Shown here in pieces: positions 1-15,000 of a DNA stretch of 64,000 nt. Under the pieces are notes generated by a model that saw only the letters and a list, made by a program, of their open reading frames with translations, was not told the DNA's origin and ran no database searches. The stretch lies in contig OZ024750.1 in assembly GCA_964016885.1 (NCBI GenBank), positions 41,478,001-41,542,000 of the forward strand, written 5' to 3'. Made by a program: the position numbers and the translations under genes. Source of the stretch: Eledone cirrhosa. Taxonomy: Eukaryota. The number at the start of each line of letters is the position of its first letter. Within the stretch, counting starts at the first letter, position 1.

Positions 1-3000
1 TACACCCCAGTCTAGGTGGTATATCTCAGCTGCGGTAGGTACTGACAGACTCTACACCCCAGTCTAGGTGGTATATCTCAGCTGTGGTAGGGAGTAACAG
101 ATTCTACACCCGAGTCTAGGTGGTATATCTCAGCTGTGGTGGGGAGTGACGACTCTACACCCAAGTCTAGGTGGTATATATCAGCTGTGGTAGGGAGTGA
201 CAGACTCTAGACCCCAGTCTAGAGGGTATATCTCAGCTGTGGTAGGGAGTGACAGACTCTACACCCCAGTCTAGGTGGTATATCTCAGCTGTGGTAGGGC
301 GTGACAGATTCTACACCACAGTCTAGAGGGTATATGTCAGCTGTGGTAGGGAGTGGCAGACTCTACACCCCAGTCTAGGTGGTATGTCTCAGCTGTGGTA
401 GGGAGTGACAGACTCTACACCCCAGTCTAGGTGGTATATCTCAGCTGTGGTAGGGAGTGACAGACTCCACACCGCAGTCTAGGTGGTATATCTCAGCTGG
501 GAGTGACAGACTCTACACCCCAGTCTAGAGGGTATATCTCAACTGTGGTAAGGGGTGACAGACTCTACACCCCAGTCTAGGTGGTATATCTCAGCTGTAG
601 TGGGGACTGACAGACTCTACACCCCAGTCTAGGTGGTATATCTCAGCTGTGGCAGGGAGTGACAGACTCTACACCCCAGGCCAGGTGGTATATCTCCACT
701 GTGGTAGGGAGTGACAGACTCTACACCCCAGTCCAGGTGGTATATCTCCACTGTGGTAGGGAGTGACAGACTCTACACCCCAGTCTAGGTGGTATATCTC
801 AGCTGTGGTAGGGAGTGACAGACTCTACACCCCAGTCCAGGTGGTATATCTCAGATGTGGTAAGGAGTGACAGACTCTGCACCCCAGTCTAGGTGGTATA
901 TCTCAGCTCTGGTGGGGAGTGACAGACTCTACACCCCAGTCTAGGTGGTATATCTCAGCTGGGAGTGACAGACTCTACACCCCAGTCTAGGTGGTATATC
1001 TCAGCTGTGGTAGGCACTGACAGACTCTACACCCCAGTCTAGGTGGTATATCTCAGCTGTGGTAGGGAGTAACAGACTCTACACCCCAGTCTAGGTGGTA
1101 TATCTCAGCTGTGGTGGGGAGTGACGACTCTACACCCCAGTCTAGGTGGTATATCTCAGCTGTGGTAGCGACTGACAGACTCTACACCACAGTCTATGTG
1201 GTATATCTCAGCTGTGGTGGGGTGTGACAGACTCTACACCCCAGTCTAGGTGGTATATCTCAGCTGGGAGTGACAGACTCTACACCCCAGTCTAGAGGGT
1301 ATATCTCAGCTGTGGTAAGGAGTGACAGACTCTAGACCCCAGTCTAGGTGGTATATCTCAGCTGTGGTGGGGACTGACAGACTCTACACCCCAGTCTAGG
1401 TGGTATATCTCAGCTGGGAGTGACAGACTCTACACCCCAGTCCAGGTGGTATATTTCAGCTGTGGTAAGGAGTGACAGACTCTACACCCAGGTCTAGGTG
1501 GTATATCTCAGCTGTGGTGGGGAGTGACAGAGTCTACACCCCAGTCTTGGTGGTATATCTCAGCTGTGGCAGGGAGTGACAGACTCTACACCCCAGTCTA
1601 GGTGGTATAACTCAGCTGGGAGTGACAGACTCTACACCCCAGTCTAAATGGTATATCTCAGCTGTGGTAGGCAATGAAAGACTCTACACCCCAGTCTAGG
1701 TGGTATATCTCAGCTGTGGTAGGGAGTAACAGACTCTACACCCCAGTCTAGGTGGTATATCTCAGCTGTGGTGGGGAGTGACAGACTCCACACCCCAGTC
1801 TAGGTGGCATATCTCAGCTGTGGTGGGGACTGACAGACTCTACACCCCAGTCTAGGTGGTACATCTCAGCTGTGGTAGGGGGTGACAGACTCTACACCCC
1901 AGTCTAGGTGGTATATCTCAGCTGTGGTAGGGAGTGACAGACTCTACACCCCAGTCCAGGTGGTATATCTCCACTGTGGTAGGGAGTGACAGACTCTACA
2001 CCCCAGTCTAGGTGGTATATCTCAGCTGTGGCAGGGAGTGACAGACTCTACACCCCAGTCTAGGTGGTATATCTCAGCTGTGGCAGGGAGTGACAGACTC
2101 TACAGCCCAGTCTAGGTGGTATATCTCAGCTGTGGTAGGGAGTGACAGACTCTACACCCCAGTCTAGGTGGTATATCTCAGCTGTGGTAGGGAGTGACAG
2201 ACTCTGCACCCATGTCTAGGTGGTATATCTCAGCTGTGGCAGGGAGTGACAGACTCTACAGCCCAGTCTAGGTGGTATATCTCAGCTGTGGTAGGCACTG
2301 AAAGACTCTACACCCCAGTCTAGGTGGTATATCTCAGCTGTGGTAGGGAGTAACAGACTCTACACCCCAGTCTAGGTGGTATATCTCAGCTGTGGTAGGG
2401 AGTAACAGACTCTACACCCCTGTCTAGGTGGTATATCTCAGCTGGCAGTGACAGACTCTACACCCCAGTCTAGAGGGTATATCTCAGCTGTGGTAAGGAG
2501 TGACAGACTCTACACCCCAGTCTAGGTGGTATATCTCAGCTGTGGCAGGGAGTGACAGACTCTACACCCCAGTCCAGGTGGTATATCTCCACTGTGGTAG
2601 GGAGTGACAGACTCTACACCCCAGTCCAGGTGGTATATCTCCACTGTGGTAGGGAGTGACAGACTCTACACCCCAATCTAGGTAGTATATCTCAGCTGTG
2701 GTAGGGAGTGGCAGACTCTACACCCCAGTCTAGGTGGTATATCTCAGCTGTGGTAGGGAGTGACAGACTCTACACCCCAGTCCAGGTGGTATATCTCAGC
2801 TGTGGTAAGGAGTGACAGACTCTGCACCCCAGTCTAGGTGGTATATCTCAGCTGTGGTGGGGAGTGACAGACTCTACACCCCAGTCTAGATGGTATATCT
2901 CAGCTGTGGCAGGGGGTGACAGACTCTACACCCCAGTCAAGGTGGTATATCTCAGCTGTGGTGGGGAGTGACAGTCTCCACACCCCAGTCTAGGTGGCAT

Positions 3001-6000
3001 ATCTCAGCTGTGGTGGGGACTGACAGACTCTACACCCCAGTCTAGGTGGTACATCTCAGCTGTGGTAGGGGGTGACAGACTCTACACCCCAGTCAAGGTG
3101 GTATATCTCAGCTGTGGTAGGGACTGACAGACTCTACACCCCAGTCTAGGTGGTATATCTCAGCTGTGGTGGGGAGTGACAGACTCTGCACCCCAGTCTA
3201 GGTGGTATATCTCAGATGGGAGTGACAGACTCTACACCCCAGTCTAGGTGGTATATCTCAGCTGCGGTAGGTACTGACAGACTCTACACCCCAGTCTAGG
3301 TGGTATATCTCAGCTGTGGTAGGGAGTAACAGATTCTACACCCGAGTCTAGGTGGTATATCTCAGCTGTGGTGGGGAGTGACGACTCTACACCCAAGTCT
3401 AGGTGGTATATATCAGCTGTGGTAGGGAGTGACAGACTCTACACCCCAGTCTAGAGGGTATATCTCAGCTGTGGTAGGGAGTGACAGACTCTACACCCCA
3501 GTCTAGGTGGTATATCTCAGCTGTGGTAGGGAGTGACAGATTCTACACCACAGTCTAGAGGGTATATGTCAGCTGTGGTAGGGAGTGGCAGACTCTACAC
3601 CCCAGTCTAGGTGGTATGTCTCAGCTGTGGTAGGGAGTGACAGACTCTACACCCCAGTCTAGGTGGTATATCTCAGCTGTGGTAGGGAGTGACAGACTCC
3701 ACACCGCAGTCTAGGTGGTATATCTCAGCTGGGAGTGACAGACTCTACACCCCAGTCTAGAGGGTATATCTCAACTGTGGTAAGGGGTGACAGACTCTAC
3801 ACCCCAGTCTAGGTGGTATATCTCAGCTGTAGTGGGGACTGACAGACTCTACACCCCAGTCTAGGTGGTATATCTCAGCTGTGGCAGGGAGTGACAGACT
3901 CTACACCCCAGGCCAGGTGGTATATCTCCACTGTGGTAGGGAGTGACAGACTCTACACCCCAGTCCAGGTGGTATATCTCAGCTGTGGTGGGGACTGACA
4001 GACTCCACACCCCAGTCTAGGTGGTATATCTCAGCTGTGGTAGGGAGTGACAGACTCTACACCCCAGTCCAGGTGGTATATCTCCACTGTGGTAGGGAGT
4101 GACAGACTCTACACCCCAGTCTAGGTGGTAAATCTCAGCTGGGAGTGACAGACTCTACACCCCAGTCTAGAGGGTATATCTCAGCTGTGGTAAGGAGTGA
4201 CAGACTCTACACCCCAGTCTAGGTGGTATATCTCAGCTGTGGTGGGGACTGACAGACTCTACACCCCAGTCTAGGTGGTATATCTCAGCTGTGGTGGGGA
4301 CTGACAGACTCTACACCCCAGTCTAGGTGGTACATCTCAGCTGTGGTAGGGAGTGACAGACTCTACATCCCAGTCTAGGTGGTATATCTCAGCTGGGAGT
4401 GACAGACTCTACACCCCAGTCCAGGTGGTATATCTCAGCTGTGGTAAGGAGTGACAGACTCTACACCCCAGTCTAGGTGGTATATCTCAGCTGGGAGTGA
4501 CGACTCTACACCCCAGTCTAGGTGGTATATCTCAGCTGTGGCAGGGAGTAACAGACTCTACACCCCAGTCTAGGTGGTATATCTCAGCTGTGGCAGGGAG
4601 TGACAGACTCTACGCCCCAGTCTAGGTGGTATATCTCAGCTGTGGCAGGGAGTGACAGACTCTACACCCCAGTCTAGGTGGTACATCTCAGCTGTGATAG
4701 GGAGTGACAGACTCTACACCCCAGTCTAGGTGGTATATCTCAGCTGTGGCAGGGAGTGACAGACTCTACACCCCAGTCTAGGTGGTATATCTCAGCTGTG
4801 GCAGGGAGTGACAGACTCTACAGCCCAGTCTAGGTGGTATATCTCAGCTGTGGTAGGGAGTAACAGACTCTACACCCCAGTCTAGAGGGTATATCTCCAC
4901 TGTGGTAGGGAGTGACAGACTCTACACCCCAGTCCAGGTGGTATATCTCCACTGTGGTAGGGAGTGACAGACTCTACACCCCAGTCTAGGTAGTATATCT
5001 CAGCTGTAGTAGGGAGTGGCAGACTCTACACCCCAGTCTAGGTGGTATATCTCAGTTGTGGTAGGGAGTGACAGACTCTGCACCCATGTCTAGGTGGTAT
5101 ATCTCAGCTGTGGCAGGGAGTGACAGACTCTACAGCCCAGTCTAGGTGGTATATCTCAGCTGTGGTAGGCACTGAAAGACTCTACACCCCAGTCTAGGTG
5201 GTATATCTCAGCTGTGGTAGGGAGTAACAGACTCTACACCCCAGTCTAGGTGGTATATCTCAGCTGTGGTAGGGAGTAACAGACTCTACACCCCTGTCTA
5301 GGTGGTATATCTCAGCTGGCAGTGACAGACTCTACACCCCAGTCTAGAGGGTATATCTCAGCTGTGGTAAGGAGTGACAGACTCTACACCCCAGTCTAGG
5401 TGGTATATCTCAGCTGTGGCAGGGAGTGACAGACTCTACACCCCAGTCCAGGTGGTATATCTCCACTGTGGTAGGGAGTGACAGACTCTACACCCCAGTC
5501 CAGGTGGTATATCTCCACTGTGGTAGGGAGTGACAGACTCTACACCCCAATCTAGGTAGTATATCTCAGCTGTGGTAGGGAGTGGCAGACTCTACACCCC
5601 AGTCTAGGTGGTATATCTCAGCTGTGGTAGGGAGTGAAAGACTCTACACCCCAGTCCAGGTGGTATATCTCAGCTGTGGTAAGGAGTGACAGACTCTGCA
5701 CCCCAGTCTAGGTGGTATATCTCAGCTGTGGTGGGGAGTGACAGACTCTACACCCCAGTCTAGATGGTATATCTCAGCTGTGGCAGGGGGTGACAGACTC
5801 TACACCCCAGTCAAGGTGGTATATCTCAGCTGTGGTGGGGAGTGACAGACTCCACACCCCAGTCTAGGTGGCATATCTCAGCTGTGGTGGGGACTGACAG
5901 ACTCTACACCCCAGTCTAGGTGGTACATCTCAGCTGTGGTAGGGGGTGACAGACTCTACACCCCAGTCAAGGTGGTATATCTCAGCTGTGGTAGGGACTG

Positions 6001-9000
6001 ACAGACTCTACACCCCAGTCTAGGTGGTATATCTCAGCTGTGGTGGGGAGTGACAGACTCTGCACCCCAGTCTAGGTGGTATATCTCAGATGGGAGTGAC
6101 AGACTCTACACCCCAGTCTAGGTGGTATATCTCAGCTGCGGTAGGTACTGACAGACTCTACACCCCAGTCTAGGTGGTATATCTCAGCTGTGGTAGGGAG
6201 TAACAGATTCTACACCCGAGTCTAGGTGGTATATCTCAGCTGTGGTGGGGAGTGACGACTCTACACCCAAGTCTAGGTGGTATATATCAGCTGTGGTAGG
6301 GAGTGACAGACTCTACACCCCAGTCTAGAGGGTATATCTCAGCTGTCGTAGGGAGTGACAGACTCTACACCCCAGTCTAGGTGGTATATCTCAGCTGTGG
6401 TAGGGCGTGACAGATTCTACACCACAGTCTAGAGGGTATATGTCAGCTGTGGTAGGGAGTGGCAGACTCTACACCCCAGTCTAGGTGGTATGTCTCAGCT
6501 GTGGTAGGGAGTGACAGACTCTACACCCCAGTCTAGGTGGTATATCTCAGCTGTGGTAGGGAGTGACAGACTCCACACCGCAGTCTAGGTGGTATATCTC
6601 AGCTGGGAGTGACAGACTCTACACCCCAGTCTAGAGGGTATATCTCAACTGTGGTAAGGGGTGACAGACTCTACACCCCAGTCTAGGTGGTATATCTCAG
6701 CTGTAGTGGGGACTGACAGACTCTACACCCCAGTCTAGGTGGTATATCTCAGCTGTGGCAGGGAGTGACAGACTCTACACCCCAGGCCAGGTGGTATATC
6801 TCCACTGTGGTAGGGAGTGACAGACTCTACACCCCAGTCCAGGTGGTATATCTCCACTGTGGTAGGGAGTGACAGACTCTACACCCCAGTCTAGGTGGTA
6901 TATCTCAGCTGTGGTAGGGAGTGACAGACTCTACACCCCAGTCCAGGTGGTATATCTCAGATGTGGTAAGGAGTGACAGACTCTGCACCCCAGTCTAGGT
7001 GGTATATCTCAGCTCTGGTGGGGAGTGACAGACTCTACACCCCAGTCTAGGTGGTATATCTCAGCTGGGAGTGACAGACTCTACACCCCAGTCTAGGTGG
7101 TATATCTCAGCTGTGGTAGGCACTGACAGACTCTACACCCCAGTCTAGGTGGTATATCTCAGCTGTGGTAGGGAGTAACAGACTCTACACCCCAGTCTAG
7201 GTGGTATATCTCAGCTGTGGTGGGGAGTGACGACTCTACACCCCAGTCTAGGTGGTATATCTCAGCTGTGGTAGCGACTGACAGACTCTACACCACAGTC
7301 TATGTGGTATATCTCAGCTGTGGTGGGGTGTGACAGACTCTACACCCCAGTCTAGGTGGTATATCTCAGCTGGGAGTGACAGACTCTACACCCCAGTCTA
7401 GAGGGTATATCTCAGCTGTGGTAAGGAGTGACAGACTCTAGACCCCAGTCTAGGTGGTATATCTCAGCTGTGGTGGGGACTGACAGACTCTACACCCCAG
7501 TTGTAGGTGGTATATCTCAGCTGGGAGTGATAGACTCTACACCCCAGTCCAGGTGGTATATTTCAGCTGTGGTAAGGAGTGACAGACTCTACACCCAGGT
7601 CTAGGTGGTATATCTCAGCTGTGGTGGGGAGTGACAGAGTCTACACCCCAGTCTTGGTGGTATATCTCAGCTGTGGCAGGGAGTGACAGACTCTACACCC
7701 CAGTCTAGGTGGTATAACTCAGCTGGGAGTGACAGACTCTACACCCCAGTCTAAATGGTATATCTCAGCTGTGGTAGGCACTGAAAGACTCTACACCCCA
7801 GTCTAGGTGGTATATCTCAGCTGTGGTAGGGAGTAACAGACTCTACACCCCAGTCTAGGTGGTATATCTCAGCTGTGGTGGGGAGTGACAGACTCCACAC
7901 CCCAGTCTAGGTGGCATATCTCAGCTGTGGTGGGGACTGACAGACTCTACACCCCAGTCTAGGTGGTACATCTCAGCTGTGGTAGGGGGTGACAGACTCT
8001 ACACCCCAGTCTAGGTGGTATATCTCAGCTGTGGTAGGGAGTGACAGACTCTACACCCCAGTCCAGGTGGTATATCTCCACTGTGGTAGGGAGTGACAGA
8101 CTCTACACCCCAGTCTAGGTGGTATATCTCAGCTGTGGCAGGGAGTGACAGACTCTACACCCCAGTCTAGGTGGTATATCTCAGCTGTGGCAGGGAGTGA
8201 CAGACTCTACAGCCCAGTCTAGGTGGTATATCTCAGCTGTGGTAGGGAGTGACAGACTCTACACCCCAGTCTAGGTGGTATATCTCAGCTGTGGTAGGGA
8301 GTGACAGACTCTGCACCCATGTCTAGGTGGTATATCTCAGCTGTGGCAGGGAGTGACAGACTCTACAGCCCAGTCTAGGTGGTATATCTCAGCTGTGGTA
8401 GGCACTGAAAGACTCTACACCCCAGTCTAGGTGGTATATCTCAGCTGTGGTAGGGAGTAACAGACTCTACACCCCAGTCTAGGTGGTATATCTCAGCTGT
8501 GGTAGGGAGTAACAGACTCTACACCCCTGTCTAGGTGGTATATCTCAGCTGGCAGTGACAGACTCTACACCCCAGTCTAGAGGGTATATCTCAGCTGTGG
8601 TAAGGAGTGACAGACTCTACACCCCAGTCTAGGTGGTATATCTCAGCTGTGGCAGGGAGTGACAGACTCTACACCCCAGTCCAGGTGGTATATCTCCACT
8701 GTGGTAGGGAGTGACAGACTCTACACCCCAGTCCAGGTGGTATATCTCCACTGTGGTAGGGAGTGACAGACTCTACACCCCAATCTAGGTAGTATATCTC
8801 AGCTGTGGTAGGGAGTGGCAGACTCTACACCCCAGTCTAGGTGGTATATCTCAGCTGTGGTAGGGAGTGACAGACTCTACACCCCAGTCCAGGTGGTATA
8901 TCTCAGCTGTGGTAAGGAGTGACAGACTCTGCACCCCAGTCTAGGTGGTATATCTCAGCTGTGGTGGGGAGTGACAGACTCTACACCCCAGTCTAGATGG

Positions 9001-10600
9001 TATATCTCAGCTGTGGCAGGGGGTGACAGACTCTACACCCCAGTCAAGGTGGTATATCTCAGCTGTGGTGGGGAGTGACAGTCTCCACACCCCAGTCTAG
9101 GTGGCATATCTCAGCTGTGGTGGGGACTGACAGACTCTACACCCCAGTCTAGGTGGTACATCTCAGCTGTGGTAGGGGGTGACAGACTCTACACCCCAGT
9201 CAAGGTGGTATATCTCAGCTGTGGTAGGGACTGACAGACTCTACACCCCAGTCTAGGTGGTATATCTCAGCTGTGGTGGGGAGTGACAGACTCTGCACCC
9301 CAGTCTAGGTGGTATATCTCAGATGGGAGTGACAGACTCTACACCCCAGTCTAGGTGGTATATCTCAGCTGCGGTAGGTACTGACAGACTCTACACCCCA
9401 GTCTAGGTGGTATATCTCAGCTGTGGTAGGGAGTAACAGATTCTACACCCGAGTCTAGGTGGTATATCTCAGCTGTGGTGGGGAGTGACGACTCTACACC
9501 CAAGTCTAGGTGGTATATATCAGCTGTGGTAGGGAGTGACAGACTCTACACCCCAGTCTAGAGGGTATATCTCAGCTGTGGTAGGGAGTGACAGACTCTA
9601 CACCCCAGTCTAGGTGGTATATCTCAGCTGTGGTAGGGAGTGACAGATTCTACACCACAGTCTAGAGGGTATATGTCAGCTGTGGTAGGGAGTGGCAGAC
9701 TCTACACCCCAGTCTAGGTGGTATGTCTCAGCTGTGGTAGGGAGTGACAGACTCTACACCCCAGTCTAGGTGGTATATCTCAGCTGTGGTAGGGAGTGAC
9801 AGACTCCACACCGCAGTCTAGGTGGTATATCTCAGCTGGGAGTGACAGACTCTACACCCCAGTCTAGAGGGTATATCTCAACTGTGGTAAGGGGTGACAG
9901 ACTCTACACCCCAGTCTAGGTGGTATATCTCAGCTGTAGTGGGGACTGACAGACTCTACACCCCAGTCTAGGTGGTATATCTCAGCTGTGGCAGGGAGTG
10001 ACAGACTCAACACCCCAGGCCAGGTGGTATATCTCCACTGTGGTAGGGAGTGACAGACTCTACACCCCAGTCCAGGTGGTATATCTCCACTGTGGTAGGG
10101 AGTGACAGACTCTACACCCCAGTCTAGGTGGTATATCTCAGCTGTGGTAGGGAGTGACAGACTCTACACCCCAGTCCAGGTGGTATATCTCAGATGTGGT
10201 AAGGAGTGACAGACTCTGCACCCCAGTCTAGGTGGTATATCTCAGCTCTGGTGGGGAGTGACAGACTCTACACCCCAGTCTAGGTGGTATATCTCAGCTG
10301 GGAGTGACAGACTCTACACCCCAGTCTAGGTGGTATATCTCAGCTGTGGTAGGCACTGACAGACTCTACACCCCAGTCTAGGTGGTATATCTCAGCTGTG
10401 GTAGGGAGTAACAGACTCTACACCCCAGTCTAGGTGGTATATCTCAGCTGTGGTGGGGAGTGACGACTCTACACCCCAGTCTAGGTGGTATATCTCAGCT
10501 GTGGTAGCGACTGACAGACTCTACACCACAGTCTATGTGGCATATCTCAGCTGTGGTGGGGTGTGACAGACTCTACACCCCAGTCTAGGTGGTATATCTC
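1..10600. repeat. Higher-order repeat of about 3.2 kb: copies A (1-3232), B (3233-6106, altered middle), A' (6107-9339) and a partial fourth
   Basis: Rare marker TGCGGTAGGTACTG at 31, 3263, 6137 and 9370 (spacings 3232/2874/3233). Marker CATGTCTAGG at 2211, 5085 and 8318. Confidence 0.9.
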
Positions 10601-11220
10601 AGCTGTGGAATGGAGTGACAGACTCTACACCCCAGGCCAGGTGGTATATCTCCACTGTGGTAGGGAGTGACAGACTCTACACCCCAGTCCAGGTGGTATA
10701 TCTCCACTGTGGTAGGGAGTGACAGACTCTACACCCCAGTCTAGGTGGTATATCTCAGCTGTGGTAGGGAGTGACAGACTCTACACCCCAGTCCAGGTGG
10801 TATATCTCAGCTGTGGTAAGGAGTGACAGACTCTGCACCCCAGTCTAGGTGGTATATCTCAGCTCTGGTGGGGAGTGACAGACTCTACACACCAGTCTAG
10901 GTGGTATATCTCAGCTGGGAGTGACAGACTCTACACCCCAGTCTAGGTGGTATATCTCAGCTGTGGTAGGCACTGACAGACTCTACACCCCAGTCTAGGT
11001 GGTATATCTCAGCTGTGGTAGGGAGTAACAGACTCTACACCCCAGTCTAGGTGGTATATCTCAGCTGTGGTGGGGAGTGACGACTCTACACCCCAGTCTA
11101 GGTGGTATATCTCAGCTGTGGTAGCGACTGACAGACTCTACACCACAGTCTATGTGGTATATCTCAGCTGTGGTGGGGTGTGACAGACTCTACACCCCAG
11201 TCTAGGTGGTATATCTCAGC
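10000..11220. repeat. 617-bp (12-monomer) tandem duplication
   Basis: CACCCCAGGCC at 10011/10628 and GTAGCGACTG at 10504/11121, both offset 617 (12x52 minus 7). Confidence 0.85.
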
Positions 11221-12019
11221 TGGGAGTGACAGACTCTACACCCCAGTCTAGAGGGTATATCTCAGCTGTGGTAAGGAGTGACAGACTCTAGACCCCAGTC
11301 TAGGTGGTATATCTCAGCTGTGGTGGGGACTGACAGACTCTACACCCCAGTCTAGGTGGTATATCTCAGCTGGGAGTGACAGACTCTACACCCCAGTCCA
11401 GGTGGTATATTTCAGCTGTGGTAAGGAGTGACAGACTCTACACCCAGGTCTAGGTGGTATATCTCAGCTGTGGTGGGGAGTGACAGAGTCTACACCCCAG
11501 TCTTGGTGGTATATCTCAGCTGTGGCAGGGAGTGACAGACTCTACACCCCTGTCTAGGTGGTATAACTCAGCTGGGAGTGACAGACTCTACACCCCAGTC
11601 TAAATGGTATATCTCAGCTGTGGTAGGCACTGAAAGACTCTACACCCCAGTCTAGGTGGTATATCTCAGCTGTGGTAGGGAGTAACAGACTCTACACCCC
11701 AGTCTAGGTGGTATATATCAGCTGTGGTGGGGAGTGACGACTCTACACCCGAGTCTAGGTGGTATATATCAGCTGTGTTAGGGACTGACAGACTCTATAC
11801 CCCAGTCTAGGTGGTATATCTCAGCTCTTGTGGGGAGTGACAGACTCTACACCCCAGTCTAGGTGGTATATCTAAGCTGGGAGTGACAGACTCTACACCC
11901 CAGTCTAGGTGGTATATCTCAGCTGTGGCAGGGAGTAACAAACTCTACAGCCCAGTCTAGGTGGTATATCTCAGCTGCGGTAGGCACTGACAGACTCTAC
12001 ACCCCACTCTAGGTGGTAT

Positions 12020-15000
12020 ATCTCAGCTGTGGTAGGGAGTAACAGACTCTACACCCCAGTCTAGGTGGAATATCTCAGCTGTGGTGGGGAGTGACGACTC
12101 TACACCCCAGTCTAGGTGGTATATATCAGCTGTGGTAGGGAGTGACAGACTCTACACCCCAGTCTAGAGGGTATATCTCAGCTGTGGTAGGGAGTGACAG
12201 ACTCTACACCCCAGTCTAGGTGGTATATCTCAGCTGTGGTAGGGAGTGACAGACTCTACACCCCAGTCTAGGTGGTATATCTCAGCTGGGAGTGACAGAC
12301 TCTACACCCCAGTCTAGGTGGTATATCTCAGCTGTGGTGGGGACTGACAGACTCTACACCCCAGTCTAGGTGGTATATCTCAGCTGTGGCAGGGAGTGAC
12401 AGACTCTACACCCCAGTCCAGGTGGTATATCTCCACTGTGGTAGGGAGTGACAGACTCTACACCCCAATCTAGGTAGTATATCTCAGCTGTGGTAGGGAG
12501 TGGCAGACTCTACACCCCAGTCTAGGTGGTATATCTCAGCTGTGGTAGGGAGTGACAGACTCTACACCCCAGTCCAGGTGGTATATCTCAGCTGTGGCAG
12601 GGAGTGACAGACTCTACACCCCAGTCAAGGTGGTATATCTCAGCTGTGATGGGGAGTGACAGACTCTGCACCCCAGTCTAGGTGGTATATCTCAGCTGTG
12701 GTGGGGAGTGACAGACTCTGCACCCCAGTCTAGGGGGTATAATTCAGCTGTGGTGGGGAGTGACAGACTCTACACCCCAGTCTAGGTGGTATATCTCAGC
12801 TGTGATAGGGAGTGACAGACTCTACACACCAGTCAAGGTGGTATATCTCAGCTGGGAGTGACAGACTCTACACCCCAGTCTAGGTGGTACATCTCAGCTG
12901 TGGCAGGGAGTGACAGACTCTACACCCCAGTCTAGGTGGTATATCTCAGCTGTGGTAGGCACTGACAGACTCTACACCCCAGTCTAGGTGGTATATCTCA
13001 GCTGTGGTGGGGAGTGACGACCCTACACGCCTGTCTAGGTGGTATATCTCAGCTGTGGTAGGGACTGACAGACTCTACACCCCAGTCTAGGTGCTATATC
13101 TCAGCTGTGGTGGGGAGTGACGACTCTACACCCCAATCTAGGTGGTATATCTCAGCTGTGGTAGGGACTGACAGACTCTACACCCCAGTCTAGGTGGTAT
13201 ATCTCAGCTGTGGTGGGGAGTGACAGACTCTGCACCCCAGTCTAGGTGGTATATCACAGATGGGAGTCACAGACTCTACACCCCAGTCTAGGTGGTATAT
13301 CTCAGCTGTGGTGGGGAGTGACGACTCTACACCCCAATCTAGGTGGTATATCTCAGCTGTGGTAGGGACTGACAGACTCTACACCCCAGTCTAGAGGGTA
13401 TATCTCAGCTGTGGTAGGGAGTGACAGACTCTACAGCCCAGTCTAGGTGGTATATCTCAGCTGTGGTAGGTACTGACAGACTCTACACCCCAGTCTAGGT
13501 GGTATATCTCAGCTGTGGTAGGGAGTAACAGATTCTACACCCCAGTCTAGGTGGTATATCTCAGCTGTGGTGGGGAGTGACAACTCTACACCCCAGTCTA
13601 GGTGGTATATATCAGCTGTGGTAGGGAGTGACAGACTCTACACCCCAGTCTAGAGAGTATATCTCAGCTGTGGTAGGGAGTGACAGACTCTGCACCCCAG
13701 TCTAGGTGGTATATCTCAGCTGTGGTAGGGAGTGACAGATTCTACACCACAGTCTAGAGGGTATATGTCAGCTGTGGTAGGGAGTGGTAGACTCTACACC
13801 CCAGTCTAGGTGGTATATCTCAGCTGTGGTAGGGAGTGACAGACTCTACACCCCAGTCTAGGTGGTATATCTCAGCTGTGGTAGGGAGTGACAGACTCCA
13901 CACCCCAGTCTAGGTGGTATATCTCAGCTGGGAGTGACAGACTCTACACCCCAGTCTAGAGGGTATATCTCAACTGTGGTAAGGAGTGACAGACTCTACA
14001 CCCCAGTCTAGGTGGTATATCTCAGCTGTGGCAGGGAGTGACAGACTCTACACCCCAGGCCAGGTGGTATATCTCCACTGTGGTAGGGAGTGACAGACTC
14101 TACACCCCAGTCCAGGTGGTATTTCTCCACTGTGGTAGGGAGTGACAGACTCTACACCCCAGTCTAGGTGGTATATCTCAGCTGTGGAAGGGAGTGACAG
14201 ACTCTACACCCCAGTCCAGGTGGTATATCTCAGCTGTGGTAAGGAGTGACAGACTCTGCACCCCAGTCTAGGTGGTATATCTCAGCTCTGGTGGGGAGTG
14301 ACAGACTCTACACCCCAGTCTAGGTGGTATATCTCAGCTGGGAGTGACAGACTCTACACCCCAGTCTAGGTGGTATATCTCAGCTGTGGTAGGCACTGAC
14401 AGACTCTACACCCCAGTCTAGGTGGTATATCTCAGCTGTGGTAGGGAGTAACAGACTCTACACCCCAGTCTAGGTGGTATATCTCAGCTGTGGTGGGGAG
14501 TGACGACTCTACACCCCAGTCTAGGTGGTATATCTCAGCTGTGGTAGCGACTGACAGACTCTACACCACAGTCTAGGTGGTATATCTCAGCTGTGGTGGG
14601 GTGTGACAGACTCTACACCCCAGTCTAGGTGGTATATCTCAGCTGGGAGTGACAGACTCTAAACCCCAGTCTAGAGGGTATATCTCAGCTGTGGTAAGGA
14701 GTGACAGACTCTACACCCCAATCTAGGTGGTATATCTCAGCTGGGAGTGACAGACTCTACACCCCAGTCCAGGTGGTATATTTCAGCTGTGGTAAGGAGT
14801 GACAGACTCTACACCCAGGTCTAGGTGGTATATCTCAGCTGTGGTGGGGAGTGACAGACTCTACACCCCAGTCTTGGTGGTATATCTCAGCTGTGGCAGG
14901 GAGTGACAGACTCTACACCCCAGTCTAGGTGGTATAACTCAGCTGGGAGTGACAGACTCTACACCCCAGTCTAAATGGTATATCTCAGCTGTGGTAGGCA

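Noticed and set aside
27-32. CAGCTG E-box/PvuII palindrome in most monomers as a regulatory array
   Set aside because: A 6-bp motif in a 52-bp unit is easily chance, and there is no binding evidence. It is useful only as a restriction site for a ladder assay.
650-660. Resemblance of TGGCAGGGAG and GCTGTGG to the minisatellite core or Chi sequence
   Set aside because: Only partial matches; GCTGGTGG is not in the consensus.
7495-7510. Single-base insertion variants (TTGTAGG at 7501; five-C run near 30920)
   Set aside because: Singletons that cannot be distinguished from sequencing or consensus error.
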